Positions 25,236 to 39,549 of a stretch of 64,000 bases of DNA are shown piece by piece (position 1 is the stretch's first letter; each line of letters starts with the position of its first letter). Location: positions 159,014-223,013 of the forward strand of contig NMRA01000478.1 of NCBI GenBank assembly GCA_002633005.1, given 5' to 3'. Made by a program: the position numbers and the translations under genes. A model generated the notes under the pieces. The model was not told the DNA's origin and searched no databases. It worked only from the letters and a program-made list of their open reading frames with translations. The stretch comes from Phoronis australis (lineage: Eukaryota > Animalia > Phoronida).

Positions 25236-27109
25236 CGAGGTTTTTGTTGTTGCCTTGTGTCAAATGCCATTACCCTGTAAGCTTATCTTATAGTAATGGT
25301 TATGAATTCAGAGAAATTCGACTCTGGCAGTTTCACTCAGAAAGCAAGATCGCTCCACGAGGAACCACGTTTGTCACGCTTTCTATACTATTTTATGTTC
25401 TAATAATTTTTTCAGAAAATATTCTGTTTGACTTGTTATAATATAATAAACATGTTATTGTAGCAAACGATGTTCGTGTAGCTGTAATAGAAATGAAACT
25501 GAAGTAAAAGTGGATTGTTTGCAGGTAACCCATTGAAACTGACATCTTTTCGTGTGTTCAAGTCACCACACATTTGTAAAATTAAACTTTGAGCATAATC
25601 ATGACATCCAATTACAAAAATAGTGCTTAAAATTAGCTTCCAGTGCACGAGAGCCTAATACATTGACACATAGCTCGAGAGCTAAGAATGCATAACACTT
25701 CCAAGATGGCGGCTGGCGGAATGTGCGGCATAATGTGACCATGACCGTTTCGCGTGACCTTAATCTCCAATCATAAAATTGTATCAGAATCCAATATATT
25801 TGAAAACCTAGAGTTAGTGTATCATACTCATTTTAAAAGGCATCTATTGTGACTTGCCAATTTCAATATGGCCGATGGCGGCCATCTTAGATTTGAAGGT
25901 TATGCCGGCAAAATCCAGCCCGGCATACCTGGATTCAGCACCATAAAATTAGTTAAAATCAATCACCATATCTGCGTTACCTCCAAATGCCCTCGACACC
26001 ATTTTCTGAGGCCTTTTTGAAATTTGGAACCTGACTACCATGGCCGTGGTTCACTCGGCTTTGCTATTGCTTAGTGACTGTTGATAAGGCCTAGTCATCT
26101 TCTGCAGCATAGTACACAAACTACTGTTATTATGGCATTGAATACATATAATCTTATGAAACATAAGTATTGATAACATTGAATTTTGCAACTCATAACA
26201 CGCTATATCAATGTATGTGTGTTATTTGTGATTAATTTCATGACCTGGTTGCTCAAAAAGCGCCAGTTTGGTGAAAACAGAGAAATTTAAATAGTTGTAA
26301 AGCCGCAGACTGACATTTTTTCACGACAAGTTGCCAAGTTGATGACTAAGTGGACTGTTTTAACTTTAGTAGAACTGGGCAATGGAAGGCCTTGTTTCTT
26401 TAAACCGGAACGGCCAATGAAAATCTGCAGTAATGTTTAATAACCGCGTGCTTGAAGAACATGCATGTACAATAAACACACATCTGGCCGATTTAATTGA
26501 AGTGTTATTCATACTGTGAGAATACAGGACAGCAACGTAAATAACAGTCAGCGACAGTAGAAAGATGCACTCCGAAAAGGCGCTACCAAAATTTTCTGCG
26601 ATTCACACATCACTGATATGTCTGTACAACAGACCACATTTACACTTCCACCATCAGTCATGCTAGTTTGTTTGCGTAAAGCCGTACCTGTTGAGAATTC
26701 GACCAGCCACTCAGAAACACCGGTGTAAAAAATTCTCGAGTAAAATTAAATGATACCTGCGTGCTGGATTCTACCTAGCGGCACGCACGGAACCACGTAG
26801 CTCAATCTAGAGGACTAAGACCACAATACCAGTGGCTGATTTTGACCTTATCACAGGCCTGGGTCAATCAAAGCCCTTGTTTGCACAGCCGTCTCGGACA
26901 CCTGAAAAAGGCATAACTGACAGAAAGTATAAGCTATGGGGTTTCTCAAAAGTGAAAAAATCACCAAAGTCTTTTTATCTTGCTACATCCACCGTGAAGA
27001 AAACTAGAGACGGCAAAACTGACCGCACTATTACCTAGAATCACAAAGCAATTCACAAATGCTTCGGTGAAAGAAAAGAGACCCATCATTCGAATATATT
27101 TTCATTTTC

Positions 27110-28115
27110 TGAGAAAAGGCTTGATTCACTGGAAAACTTCTGTTCAAAATGGAATAGATCTGCAAAAGTCGATAAATCAAATATAATCGTCTTTAAAAGA
27201 GGAGAGACCATTAAAAGTAACGAGCTAAGTTATGCAGCTACTATAAATACCTGGGAGTTGTTTTCTCGTGCACGCTGAGTTGGACGATATGTTGCAAAAC
27301 ACTTGCTCAACAGGCAAGTGAATTCCTTAATTTAGGCAATTCTTATTTATACAAAATGGATCCAAATAGAAATGTAAAAATACCATTTAAATTATTTGAT
27401 TCTATGGTGGCGCCTATTCTGTTTTATGGTGCAGAATTTTGGGGTACAACCTACAACAGTAAGGACGTAGAAAGTGTTCAGCTTGCGTTTTGTAAATGGT
27501 TATTACATATTATAAAGAAAATAACGTTATTGCAAAAGGTGAATGTGGAGGTCTTGATTTGTGTGTGACATATATGTGCAATCCCATTAAGTACTATTTG
27601 AAATTGTTGAAAAGGAATGACGATAGATTCCCAAGACAATGATACATGATGCTGAATGAAAACTATTCGAAAGGTCAAAAGAAAAGGTATACCTAGTTAG
27701 TAAAAATGTATTATTTACAACTGAGTTTGACTGTGCTTAGTTGCAACAATGAGTTGGTGATGAAATGAACTTTTTAATTTCTTTTAAGCAAAGATTTAGG
27801 GATATTATTTTTCGATTGTGATCTCCCTTATTGCAAATACGGATAAATGTAATTTTTACCCGAAATCTCAATGAACATGTGAAAAGTATTTATGTGGTAA
27901 CCTGTCTATAAATCATTAGCGAGGTGTTCGACGCATCATCTTATGATTGAGTCGGGTGGAAGAAACAATGTACCTCGACCAGAAAGAACACCGATGAAAC
28001 AGTGATACATCGGTGATATTGAAACTGAGATTAACCTTTTATTTGATTGCCCTGTCCTTGCAGACCTGCGAAAATATCTACTACCACAATGTATTGTAAG
28101 AAATAGAAACATTGA
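27110..28115 (+). pseudogene. Degenerate RTE-X-like non-LTR retrotransposon ORF2 3' part
   Basis: LENFCSKWN..IIVFKRG..YKYLGVVFS..FKLFDSMVAPILFYGAEFWG..VESVQLAFCKWLL..HHLMIESG, with many stops and frameshifts. Confidence 0.8.
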
Positions 28116-29885
28116 TGCACTCTTAGGTTCAGGCTGAACGTATGTTTATTTAAAATAAATACAGCATCCTAAATTATGAGTATTTGAGGAATTGGCGAGA
28201 GCATAGTGTATATTAATATAATGAAAGCTTAAAAACAAATGTGAACATACAAAAAACTCAATAATTTCAAATATAATGCAGACGTTATTCGATAGGGAAA
28301 TATTCAAATATTAAAAGCTGTTCCTTGTTTCATTTGGGCAACAATGAAATTTGCATAAAAATAGTCTCGCAAAACCAGACTTTTGCGATATTGTAATTGT
28401 AACTCGTTCTCGTATGGTTTCCGGTACATTGATATGGGAAGACACAGGGTAGTTTGTAAATTAGTACTTCATTTGCATATTCACAATTTAATCAGATGTA
28501 TCTTTAAAATATGAATTTCGACTTGTTTGTACCAAAATGCAACTTGACATGCAACTCTTCTTTTAATTGCATATTTAAGTACTAAGTACTAAAATAGACA
28601 AAGTATATGTACACAACACCCATTTAAGTGCATGACTTGACTTTAAGTGAAGCATGCTTGCACATGAGTATGTCTTCAGGATGAAAGGACCTTAAAAAAG
28701 TTTTTATTGAAAAAGTACAATGTTCTCAATGGATGAACTTTCAGTTTCAGTTGTACAGTACTAGTTCAGTATTGTTCTTGTGATTTCCTAACTTCTGTTT
28801 TTCTATCTCGGCTTGGCATCCTTCTTCCAGTGCAGCAGAAGTGCAGAGATTGAGGTAATTTACTGTACCTACACCATTCCTTGTTGCCATTTCTGAGCAA
28901 GCTGGATAGTTCCATACGACAAGAGTTCGTTGGTAACCATAGACACAAAATCATAAAGGTGAGCATATGACAGTTTTAAAATAAGAGATTAAATCATGCC
29001 GCAATTCAACCTTTCCCTGCCTCCTTATGTTAGCTTATATGAGACTAGGTGGTAAAAGAGTGGACATATACATTCACTAGAATATCACGCATGTCACAGT
29101 AGTGCTTGATTTAGGAATGAGATTTAAAGTTTTGGGGTTTCCAAGTAGTGCTAGATTTCGGAATGATCTGTTATGTTCACTAGTCCTGCTTGTGGGTTCA
29201 AATTGTGTTGCCGATACATCATCACTAAACATTCTAATTGTGTGCCTCTAGATACACCTCTTTCACTTTAAGTTTTTCCATGTTTCCCTTTACAGATTAT
29301 ACAATCCAAGGTAAAAGATGATATAGAGTTGGTGACAATGGGTGTGACAATTACAAAGTCAAGCCCGACACTTTCGATGTACATGTGATTGGCGACTTTG
29401 TAAGAACAATTCTTGTCGTAAATATACCATTGCACATATTGGTGGTTTCCTCAGAAGAGAGGCAGGAAGAAGCTTTGAAGGCAGAAGTATGCGAACAAAG
29501 GTGACGTGAGTTTGCGTGATAAACTTTATCGTCAGGTAGCAGTTAATAAAACGTGAATTAAATTGATATGTATCATATCATTTGCTCAAATTGTCCATAT
29601 AATTTTCTGCGGTCTGTTTCTAAATTTGTGTAGCAATTGTCCTTGTAGTGTTGTACAGCACAACAGAATACAAATGTACTTTAAATGTTATCGTTGCATT
29701 TTCCAGATCTATGAACGTCACAACCATTACGATATCCCATTAACTTAGCTGATGTTAAACAACATACATGTAATGCAAAGTACACCGTATATTTGCATAC
29801 AGAGAGGTGCTATTCGAACCAAAAATGGCATTAGTAAAATACCTGTAGCAGTCTTATCATATTCAGAGCACTGGTAGGCATGTTA

Positions 29886-30206
29886 CTACTGTGACTGTGT
29901 CATGCGAATCAGTACAATGTTGTGTCCCTCAGTCCTTTTTTGCTTTTTCCTGAGTGGAATCTCATGGGTTGCAACAATACCTCTGACCTCTCTCTGCAGT
30001 TTCTTTGTCAGTACGGCATGTGGAAAATTTACTGATGTCAGCTTTCTACTTGATATGTACTTGTATTGGCTATAAAAAGTTTCAAAAGCACTACCCTTCA
30101 ACTGCAGTGGAGAAATGTAGTACCCTGGATGTCTGGTGTGAAAATCCTGGCGCAAGGCTTTGAATGAGAATACACAAATTTGTTGAAGAATGTACATGTA
30201 GGTCTG
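29886..30206 (-). pseudogene. Possible DDE transposase C-terminal exon fragment (P-like)
   Basis: FKALRQDFHTRHPGYYISPLQLKGSAFETFYSQYKY..LTSVNF, preceded by a polypyrimidine ttcctttcAG acceptor. Resembles the region around a catalytic E; family assignment tentative. Confidence 0.4.
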
Positions 30207-33200
30207 AAAGGAAACAATGAAAACACTCTTATATTTGTTGTTGCATTATGCAACTTCCAGCAGCGTCCTCAAATTGGACTTAACACAGGCTGAAGTGTGC
30301 ATAACTTCCCGATGCTTTACATATGTAGCAGTAATTGTAGCTATCACCTGGAATTCAAAAAAGGCAAGGTTGCCTGTACGCAATTTAAGGTAAAACAGTA
30401 GCTTGTACATTAGCAATTTTCACTTGTGGAATGGTTTTTTGTTTTCTGAGGTAATGTATATCTGAATTTGTGAGTAATTCCTAATCTCTGTGATTCCTAG
30501 GCCAAATTACTGAGAAACATTGTGCATATGAAGTTGCTTGAAAATTGTCTTATGTTTTTAAGAACAAGTTTTGTAGCGAAAATGATCCGCCATATTCAGT
30601 GAGTATCGTGACGTGCTATTTGAGCCCGCGAGGTATGTCATTAGTGCAAAGGTCACCTATCTGCATTTTTTTTTGTTTTCACATTTACAAGGTGTCAGTG
30701 AATACAGCTGCACTTTGTTGATATTCAAAAGGCATTGTTGTATAGTTCCTGTAATGCATTAGCACAGTTAGTTACATCTTTAAGAGGTTTAAGAAAATTT
30801 TGCGACCAGGATATTCGTCAGAAGAAATGAGCACTAGTGTGCCTCCATGAACCCTTTTCAATAAGCCATCCATTACTTATAATGTAAACTGAAGTATACC
30901 ATGATAGGAATAAAGTGACTCGTTTCAAAACCTGACTCAAAGGGGTGCTTGAATTCAATACCAGAGAGACTTACAGAATGAATACCCAAAAGGATACCCA
31001 CTGAAGAAACATTATTTATATGTTACTCTATGAGCACGCTGATTGGGTACAGCAAAAATAGGTCAAACTTTCAAAAGGCCACAGACAACACTGCTTTTTC
31101 ACATGCTCATGCGAGGTAGGACGACATATTCGTAAATTACTGTCAAGAGCCTCTTTGCTGAATGTTGCTGTTTTTAGTTGATGTAAGCGCTCTGAAGATG
31201 TCGCGAGCGGCCTTATGAGCATGCGCATTAGACAAAACTGATATGAGGCCTTTTTGCTTTTCGCTTTGTCGTGAATGTCGACGATTGAACAAGGAAGATC
31301 TGGAGGTATTTATGATATTTATTGGTTTTGATGTCAACAAATGGAAGCAATGAACGTGTTGCTGTCGCAGATAAAATGTTTGAATTAAATTACTCTCAGA
31401 TTTTACGTGCTTGGGTTATTCCGGAAGTGGCCGGCAGACGGCCATATTGAATGTCAGTTGTGTACCTTTCTCTTTATTATGTTATATTGTAGAGGGCTAC
31501 TTAAAGGTGCCTGTGATCTGTCTCACAAGACTGTCAGAAAACTAATGCAGCGGCTGTGCACCACACCCATGGTTAATCTGAGTACATCTCCATAACAATG
31601 ATTCGAAGACAATAGCTCATTGAAAATGTAAGAGCACATGTGTCACTCTACAGGAAGTAGAGAAGACACCTGGTGGCCACACTACAAACTACATAAACAA
31701 AACAAACCCTGGCTTAGTGAACTAACAGGTATGACTTGAAAAAGATATTTCAGAGTCGAGCACTAGTGGATAAACCGGTGACCTGCCGCTGAGAGCACGC
31801 GCTGATTTTAAAAGATACCACAGCGAACACTCATCGCTTCGCAATCAGGAGGTGAACACACTCCCATTACCGCAGTTTTAAATTCCAGCCAAACAAACCC
31901 TATTTCGAGGGGCGGACTTTGAATTGTCTTCATCCCCTGACAGTGGGTTGCAGAGAAATTTAGAACGAGGTCAAGATCAAACTTTTTCTGAGGCTAGCTA
32001 TGGTGTTGACAAAAGTTTGAAGTGTCATAACCATAGACTGAGCGCGCGAGAGGTCTATGATTCCTGTTCTAATTCAGTTGACGAAAAAATTGCTTTCGGC
32101 ATAAAGAACGACCGTGGGAAATTCTTTTTGAGATGGACACCTGTATCCAAGAATAAACATTAATATGGACAGCACACAAACGCAATAGCTTGAATGCTTC
32201 TAATTGTGTCTATAGATATTATAATACCATGCATTTTCATTAATTTATTACTCACGGTTTCGCTCCTGGTCTTCAAAGAAAGCAATCTTTAAAGCTTCCT
32301 TTCTCTCCGTGTACTCCTCGATATCCTTCCCTTCGCACTCATCTATGACTTCAATCAGCTTCTCAACGGAAAATTTAACGTCTTTAATAAACGATAGCTC
32401 AACACTGGGTTTCCTCAAGCTCAACTGTCAAATCATTGCTACTTGTACTCTGTAATATCTCACCCTCCGCGTTTCGTTTCTTTGACTTTGTTTGAGGTTG
32501 CGTCAAGTGAGAGAAGTTGCACCGGATAATTGGAATTGGTTGCAGTACTTTCCTTTAGAGTGGCCCCACTGCCGTTTTCTTGGCAAGTCACCTTGCCTGC
32601 CTAAATTTCTCTGGGCATTGAAGACATCGGCCTTCCGCGGTAATCAACCTTTTATCTGCTATAGAAATGTTAGGCCTAATTTTCTACCATTTTAGCACAA
32701 TTTGTGGCTCTCAAGCATATCCCGTGCCTGCTGTAAGTCTAACGTTAGATATTTCGGCAAAAATCGCACACAGCTACAGTTAGCACTGTCATAATCATAT
32801 TTCTTAATTCCGCCACAGTATGCATACTTGGAACTTAGGTTTGCTAGGTGTTCTCCCAAATTAATCCACAATAGTTTTTCATTATTAATGCCTCATTTCC
32901 TTGCCAAGTACAGTTCCGTCCACATAAAACGTTTCTTTGCCATTCTTCAAAATTCGTGTATTTTGCGCTTGCTTCAAAGGACCCGCAGTAGCCGCGGCTG
33001 GAATATCGGCATCTTCACGACTAATCCTACAGCTAACTCCTGTTGAAATACTTCATACTCAAAATTCTTGTCTGCAGGTGCTGATAATTGCCTTCAATAG
33101 TTTTCATAAGAGACTAGAAATCCCAGTTATCACACACGCCCACTGGCCTGCTGCTGCTTTCCATTTTCACTGCATGAGAGCCTTTTCCCGTTCAGTGACT

Positions 33201-35179
33201 TAAGCAGTCCTTGAAGGGGGCCATTGATGACATTTAAGTGACCACCTTTTTCGTGTTTTTATTGACAAATTATTAAAGCAGCAGCTAACGCAGAGAGGGC
33301 CCAATGTTGGAATTCAGTGATTACCTCTATTTCGGCACAACCGGCTTTCATATTGAGGAATGTCACTTCTTGCAGGGTCACTCGACGTATAAAAGAATAA
33401 ACTGTCACTCTTTCCCAAGCTTAATGATTTTCAGTTTTTCATTCCATTTTAGACGCGGTGGGGCGGTTCGGGAGAATTGACCTTTTGGTCAATGGGCAGC
33501 TCATCATAAGGCGCTAGGGGGAGGGCTGTAGCCCCACTTGTTTCAGTGCTACGCTGCATATGGTCTGTAGGCGGTGCGTTACGAGGGGGGGATGAGGGGG
33601 CTTTAGCCCCCACTTTTTTCAGTGCTGCACCTTCTATACACCTCCGACATGACTCTGCCAACTACTCACGAGGGGAAGTTGAGATTCCCATTTCATCAAA
33701 AACACAAACATTCGTGCACAGCACAGAAGCTACCTTATAAGAGATGACGATGCGCCACTGAACTTAGTTGAAGGCTGCCGGACTTGGGAAAATTAGACCT
33801 ATCATCAGACCACCATATCGCAATGAAGTACACTAAACGATAACAGTGATAAGCTCATGAATGACGAGCAGCTCTAAATGCTTTATCGAATTAAAAACTA
33901 GACTAGGGAAATTTTAAAAAAAAATTAAAAAATTGCAAACGTAGATCGAAAAAGAAGTTCAAGTCATTGCTCATAAATTTGTAAAGATTGTCTTTGCACT
34001 TCTATGATGCTTGTAGCTGCCAGTAGTATTGTGCAATGAATTTTGATTCTTCTAAACCGAATCGTTTGCTTGCCATTCCCGTGCCTACTGCACAGGCTGG
34101 GCACGTCATGACTCAGTGACGCACCCACGTTAAAAATAAGGCGTAGCCATGCATTAGGCCGGCGTAGAATCCGGGGCCAGTGATTGACGAGAAATGAACT
34201 TGAAGTGCAGGCGTTGAAGTGTGTACATTTTTGGGACACACGTTCATTTTCCCCAGCCGCCCGGCAGAAGCTGGACAAGTGGCCGTGTTTCAACAAGGAA
34301 TTTTGATGGCCAAGGACTTCGGGGACCATAGTTTTAAACAAAATCTTCAGGGAATGACCCTATTAAAATGAACTTTTCCCGAAACTGGGGATCAAAAAAC
34401 GACCTTTGGAGCCAGAACACGAGTTAAGCCGCACGTCCCAAATCACCACGGCCAACCCGCGATCGAGAACGCCCGGAAGGCAATCAAGAACGAGACCTTG
34501 CACCAAAAATGGCAGACGACAGTCACGTACCCGGTGAGTTTAAGTGTCATTTACTGCTTAAATAGAGACCACATCAGAGTGTAACCTTTGTTGTGGATCT
34601 CAAATAATACTTGGCTTTTGCTTATCTTTTTAAAATAAAGAGCTCAGACAGAAAGCAATGGCTTTCGGTAAAATGCTTTGCGCCTCGTAAAATCGACAAT
34701 TTCTACTTATTAGCAATTCCAGGGTTCTTAAGAAGAGACGTGTGACGTTTATAGTTTAATCGTCCCTGATGACACCTTTGTTAGTTAGGATTTGTTAAAC
34801 AATTTGAGATATTTACCAATACAAGCAGGTCCTTGAGTGAGACGGCGATCGGGAACAATGTTGTTAATTCTCTACGGCGATCGTGAACGCAAAAAAGCTA
34901 TCGTGAACGTACACTTTTTTCTCTGCATTGCCCTGAATAGCCGTTCAAGTTACGGTATTATGTCAATAATTTTAGAATAATACGGAGCCTGAATTACTTG
35001 ATGGGTGAATTATTAATTACATTTCATCGTTTTTTCATTTTTTCTAAGTGAGATTTAGTCTAACAAACATAACTGAATTCGTTTGATTTTTTCAGCTGAA
35101 CTGTAGCCACACGACGAGTCCTTCAGGGTGTTTACATCCACGCCTTCAAAAAAGAGTAGTACAACTGCTGCATGTCACA

Positions 35180-35184
<5 letters not shown>

Positions 35185-35215
<31 letters not shown>

Positions 35216-35224
35216 CGTGCGTGT

Positions 35225-35264
<40 letters not shown>
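35185..35264. repeat. (GT)n/(GCGT)n microsatellite
   Basis: Directly visible. Confidence 0.97.
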
Positions 35265-35265
<1 letters not shown>

Positions 35266-37096
35266 GTGGAGCTTCGTTCAGGAACTAAGAAATCGACTTA
35301 GTATGATCACATGGCAATAAAATACAATGACACTACAACAAAGCAAGACCTTTACCAGCCCTGTGATTGACGCGTTGCATGCGTCAAGAGTTTTTTTACC
35401 AATATAGTAAAACACAGCATGTTGTTAAGTCACTATAGTTTACTCAGATTTACAAAGTCTGTGGTTGGTAGTTGTCTGATCTGATAGTATTTTGACGCTT
35501 TGTATTGAACCTTTTTTCCTCAAGGTTTTTTCTATATTTGTGTTATTTCAAAAGGATCTTTAACAGAACCAGTACATTTTTGTAGTGTTTAGGTAGATTT
35601 AAATGGCCATACTAAGTGTCATGGGGCAATACTTACAGTTGTTCTGGCCAATGAGTATTTTAAATGAAAATATATGTCTATGATTATTGTAGAAATTGCT
35701 TTCATATTGTTGTTGATTTCCTGTGAGAGACTATTATACTATCAATCAGTCCTAAATACATTGTCGATGATTCTGTGATGATTTAGTCTAATACATTCCA
35801 AAAGTAATTCGTTGGAAATGTTCAATGGATTTGTTTTGTTGATTTCCCTATAAATAAATTCATATAATTTTGTAAGACCAATTTTTAGGTAAAAGATAAA
35901 AGATTAATATTATAATAGAAATGCTATAATACTGATTTCCTGTGTAAATCACTACAGTGTGTAGTTGAAGTGGCGTTAATGACAACATGTTGACTACGTT
36001 TTGAGAAAATCACAATATAGTATGTGTATTATAACTCTCAATCTTTTTCAATGTCACATTAAACTCGAGATCATTAACTGATGATGCAGGTGAACTTAGG
36101 ACCAATTGTACAAAACAGAAGAGTCAAACACAAAGTACATTCAAGCCACACGGTGCCACAAGACAATCTGTTCATCTCTGTATCATGCTATCAGTAGAAC
36201 ATCAAGTACAATCCCACAAAGTTTGCACAACGTCTGGCCAATAATTTTTTGATCCCAGACGTTTATGATTGAGAATCTTTGAATCATCTCGTGAAGTGTT
36301 GCGGCACTCCCCTCTCTCCTCATGGGCAAGCTCATCATCATCATTTGACTTCACTGGCTATTTGTTTTTTTTCCTTTTGCTGCCACAATGTTACAAGAAG
36401 ATTCTACACTCGCTTTCATCTCGGTGCTGCAACAATTTGTTTAGCCATGGCTGACAGGCCACATGGAACAACTCCTGGGTGACTCTTCAGTTTAGAAACC
36501 CTTGTTCTCAGTGGTTTGGTCTAAAAGTAGATGCCTGGCCTGTACTTTTCAGAACCCTGGTCGGGTGTACCTTCACGTCGTAGGTAACATGTTCGTTGAA
36601 GCTCGCCTCACATTAACAGTGAACTTGTTTCCTGAAATGACAGTAAATTCGTTTGTGAAACTAAACTTATGCTTGATGCACATGTAGTGCTCATGGCAAT
36701 TTAATGGAAATAATGCTATGTTGTTATTCAGTTTTGATACGAAAGTAACACAGTAACGACACAAAATGTGATTAATTCATTGCACCACACTTATTTTGTA
36801 ACCTTTTTCACGTTTTATAAGTAAAAAGTTCATTACTGTTCGACACACCAAAATGCGTTCCCGATCGTATAAACAAACACAAATTTGCGTTCCCGGTCGC
36901 TTATCGTTGCGTTCTCGATCGCATCTTTCAACAGAAAAGTGTCGAAAAATCAGAGATCCTGACAAAACTACAAAAGACAAGCGTTGCGTTATATTTTCAC
37001 GCGTCATTTCTTCATAACTCCATGGTCAATTTATTGATTTAGTGCCAAAACTAACGGCAGTTTGCCAAAATGACATACAAATAACCTTGGGCTTAA

Positions 37097-38068
37097 AAGG
37101 GAACTGTATTTTATTCTGAATGAATTCTGGATAGTTTTCTATGAATTGTTGATTAATTTCACAAATAATTCAACACCAAAAATTAAACTTATGTTCTCTA
37201 ACGAAGCTCAAAAAATTACCGGCTTGGAGCGCTGCTTAGTCTCGTGACGTATTTGGCGGGGGCAAAGTCACTGTCCTGTGTTAGCGTGCAATCAATTAGC
37301 GTTTTTTATATTGTCGGAATAAGAAATTTTAGTGTGAAATTTCGGGTCACAAGGGATACCTGTTTGAGCCGAGGCAACACAACGTGATACCAAGTCATCG
37401 TCATCGTCAGACGAAAATTTGCCGGTGTAACTGGTGTCGGTGACTGTGCCGAGGGCAATGTGGACTCTAGCCATCCAGTCAGCCAGTTGTCAGCCAATAC
37501 TCCGGCAGCTCTGTAAACTTGAAGGGTTGGTAAATTACCGACTGTACCTGTATGAAGACTATCGTACCACTGTGTGTTGAGCTCCGTTAACCCCGAAATT
37601 TCAGACAGCCGTTGACTACCCGGGTATAGTTGACTCAGTTATGCTCGTCACCTAGTCGTAAAACTTAGGCTACATCAACATATAAAGCTAACGGACCGGC
37701 GGGGGCGCATGCAAAATCTGATATAGTCACCCGACACTTCTATTGTTCGTTGCAGCCGTTTAAGTGGAAAACAATCAAATAAACGTCCTTTGGTAGCATA
37801 ATTTGCCGCCTTTTTAACAAAGAAGTGTGTCGTCCGTTTCAAGAACAGCACGCTCGTGACACGGCGCACGCGCCATTTCATAAAAATTTGAGACGTCTTT
37901 CGGGACATCATAACAGGTTCGCNGCCAATCAGCGATCGCTTTCAGAATTCAGTGTTTTGACCATGAATACGAATTGGCTTTTGTTTGGCACGCAAGTCAG
38001 GCAAATGTGAGTTTTATTTGTATGTTAGAACCGATTAACTGCAACATTATTTTGACTACAGTCCCCTT
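37097..38068. mobile_element. Kolobok-like MITE (family C) nested in the Chapaev-like element
   Basis: TTAA|AAGGGAACTGTA ... TACAGTCCCCTT|TTAA: 12-bp TIR with 1 mismatch, RR..YY termini. Confidence 0.75.
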
Positions 38069-38594
38069 TTAAGCGATGCCTCAGTCAACGTAACTTTTCT
38101 TCTATAATTGGGAGAGAAACTAGCCTAAACCTCTACCTGCGCTTCCTAAATGTGTTACGCCTTGAAGACATGTCTCTGTTTTCACATTGGAAGTATAAAC
38201 AACGAAAATTCATCAAATTTACTAGTCACCTTGCCTGGCTTCGCTTCTGGCGCCAAATTTTGTTCTCGATCGCTTTCCGGTCGTTCTCGATCGCGGGTTG
38301 GCCGGGGTGAAATGAATGATAGTGGAGCTGACCAGCGACTAGCACTAGTTCATCTAATTGCACGTGCATGGATCGGACTTCCCGGGGACCGCCACGACAC
38401 CGGCCACCGTGGCTTTGGACAAACGCTACTGAATTTCTCCTTCTAAATCTGGATTTAAGCAAAATACACATGCAAGCGTATCCAAATACAATTAAATGTA
38501 TTTTCATGTGAAACCATTGACTTTGGTGAGTTCTTAGTTTTCTTGTAATGAGATCTACCCGATCAGGTAGAACTGCGTTTCAAGTCATACACTA

Positions 38595-39549
38595 CATAGG
38601 CGGATTTAGGGGGGGGGGGGAGCCCTCCCCNCCCCCCTTGGCTGCCGCAAAAAATAAAACAGTAAGAGCGTAGGGAAATGGTGAATTTATTAATTAACCC
38701 CGGTAATTAAAATTATACGAATGAAAAAAGATTTAAATGTGTGCAGTGTTAAATTCGGAACACGGCGCATTCGTAACGGAACTGTGGCTAAGTATAGGCT
38801 CTCCCGCGATATCCCAGGCGACCGGCAGTGGCGCTGCGCACTACGACTTCGTTTTCGTCGTCTGCTCCACTGTGCAATGAAGAAAATTTACTTCATTTTT
38901 GAAGAGAATGGAACCTGAGTGACGATGAAAAAACAAAAGCTGCTGGTAAGATGTGAATTTTAATCGAAGCCTTAGTGAATCACTCAGAAACTCGCAATAC
39001 TCTCTTTGTCAAACCTTGTCTTAAGACGATTTCCAAAGCAATCCCGTCATTATTGCCAACACGAAAAACGGATTTGGTCTTTTGGGCATTTGAAGACTAT
39101 TTTAAATACGACAAATTTGTTAAGAATCGATGGCTCAAAATATAAAACGTGTAATAAGCATTACGAAAAGAACTAGGTTTCGCGCGCAAACGCTGTGGAC
39201 CATAAACAAGTAGGTCTTTTAGTATAAGATTAGTAGTAAAATCGTGGTGGTGTAGTGGTAACGCACGCACTCTCTATCCGACAGGTCTTGAGTTCGAGTC
39301 TTTGGTACGTTGAGTTTTTCCTGTTTGACACGTTCTCCGTGTTTTTTTTTTCTTGGATAATACTTCAGGAATCAAGGAAAATGCTTGATTTTTAGAGGTA
39401 AAAACAGAAAAATTTCCTGGGCAAACCCCCCTCCCGACCTCCCCCCATTCGGTGCTATGCGCATCTACAGTCGTGGTTCAGTTTGCGCAAATGCTTACAG
39501 CCGGACAAAACGTTGGGCCCCCCCTTGTGATATCCTAGATCCGCCACTG
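38595..39549. mobile_element. hAT5-like non-autonomous element
   Basis: CATAGGCGGATTTAGG ... CCTAGATCCGCCACTG with 5-bp TSD CACTA. The empty site in copy B (~48330, minus strand attCACTAtaggcacc) has a single CACTA. Confidence 0.85.
39241..39310 (+). other. tRNA-derived (Pol III A/B-box) segment inside a repeat; not a functional tRNA
   Basis: A box TGGTGTAGTGG and B box GTTCGAGTC at tRNA-like spacing. No pairing acceptor stem. Homolog at ~5143-5210. Confidence 0.6.

Larger units (their letters stand above)
34444..38309. mobile_element. Chapaev-like (CAC..GTG, 4-bp TSD) non-autonomous DNA transposon
   Basis: TIR CACC(A/C)CGGCCAACCCGCGATCGAGAACG. TSD AAAT at 34440-34443 and 38310-38313; single AAAT at the empty site in copy B (~50790). 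Subterminal GCGATCG.GAAC repeats at ~34845-34910 and ~36855-36922. Confidence 0.8.

Noticed and set aside
36060-36500. Possible piggyBac C-terminal Cys-rich remnant on the minus strand (RRC...PCGLNVLCV..CF)
   Set aside because: Too decayed, and no TTAA|CCC termini were found.
39241-39310. Functional tRNA gene
   Set aside because: Acceptor and anticodon stems do not pair convincingly; it lies within a repeat and the second copy is highly diverged.
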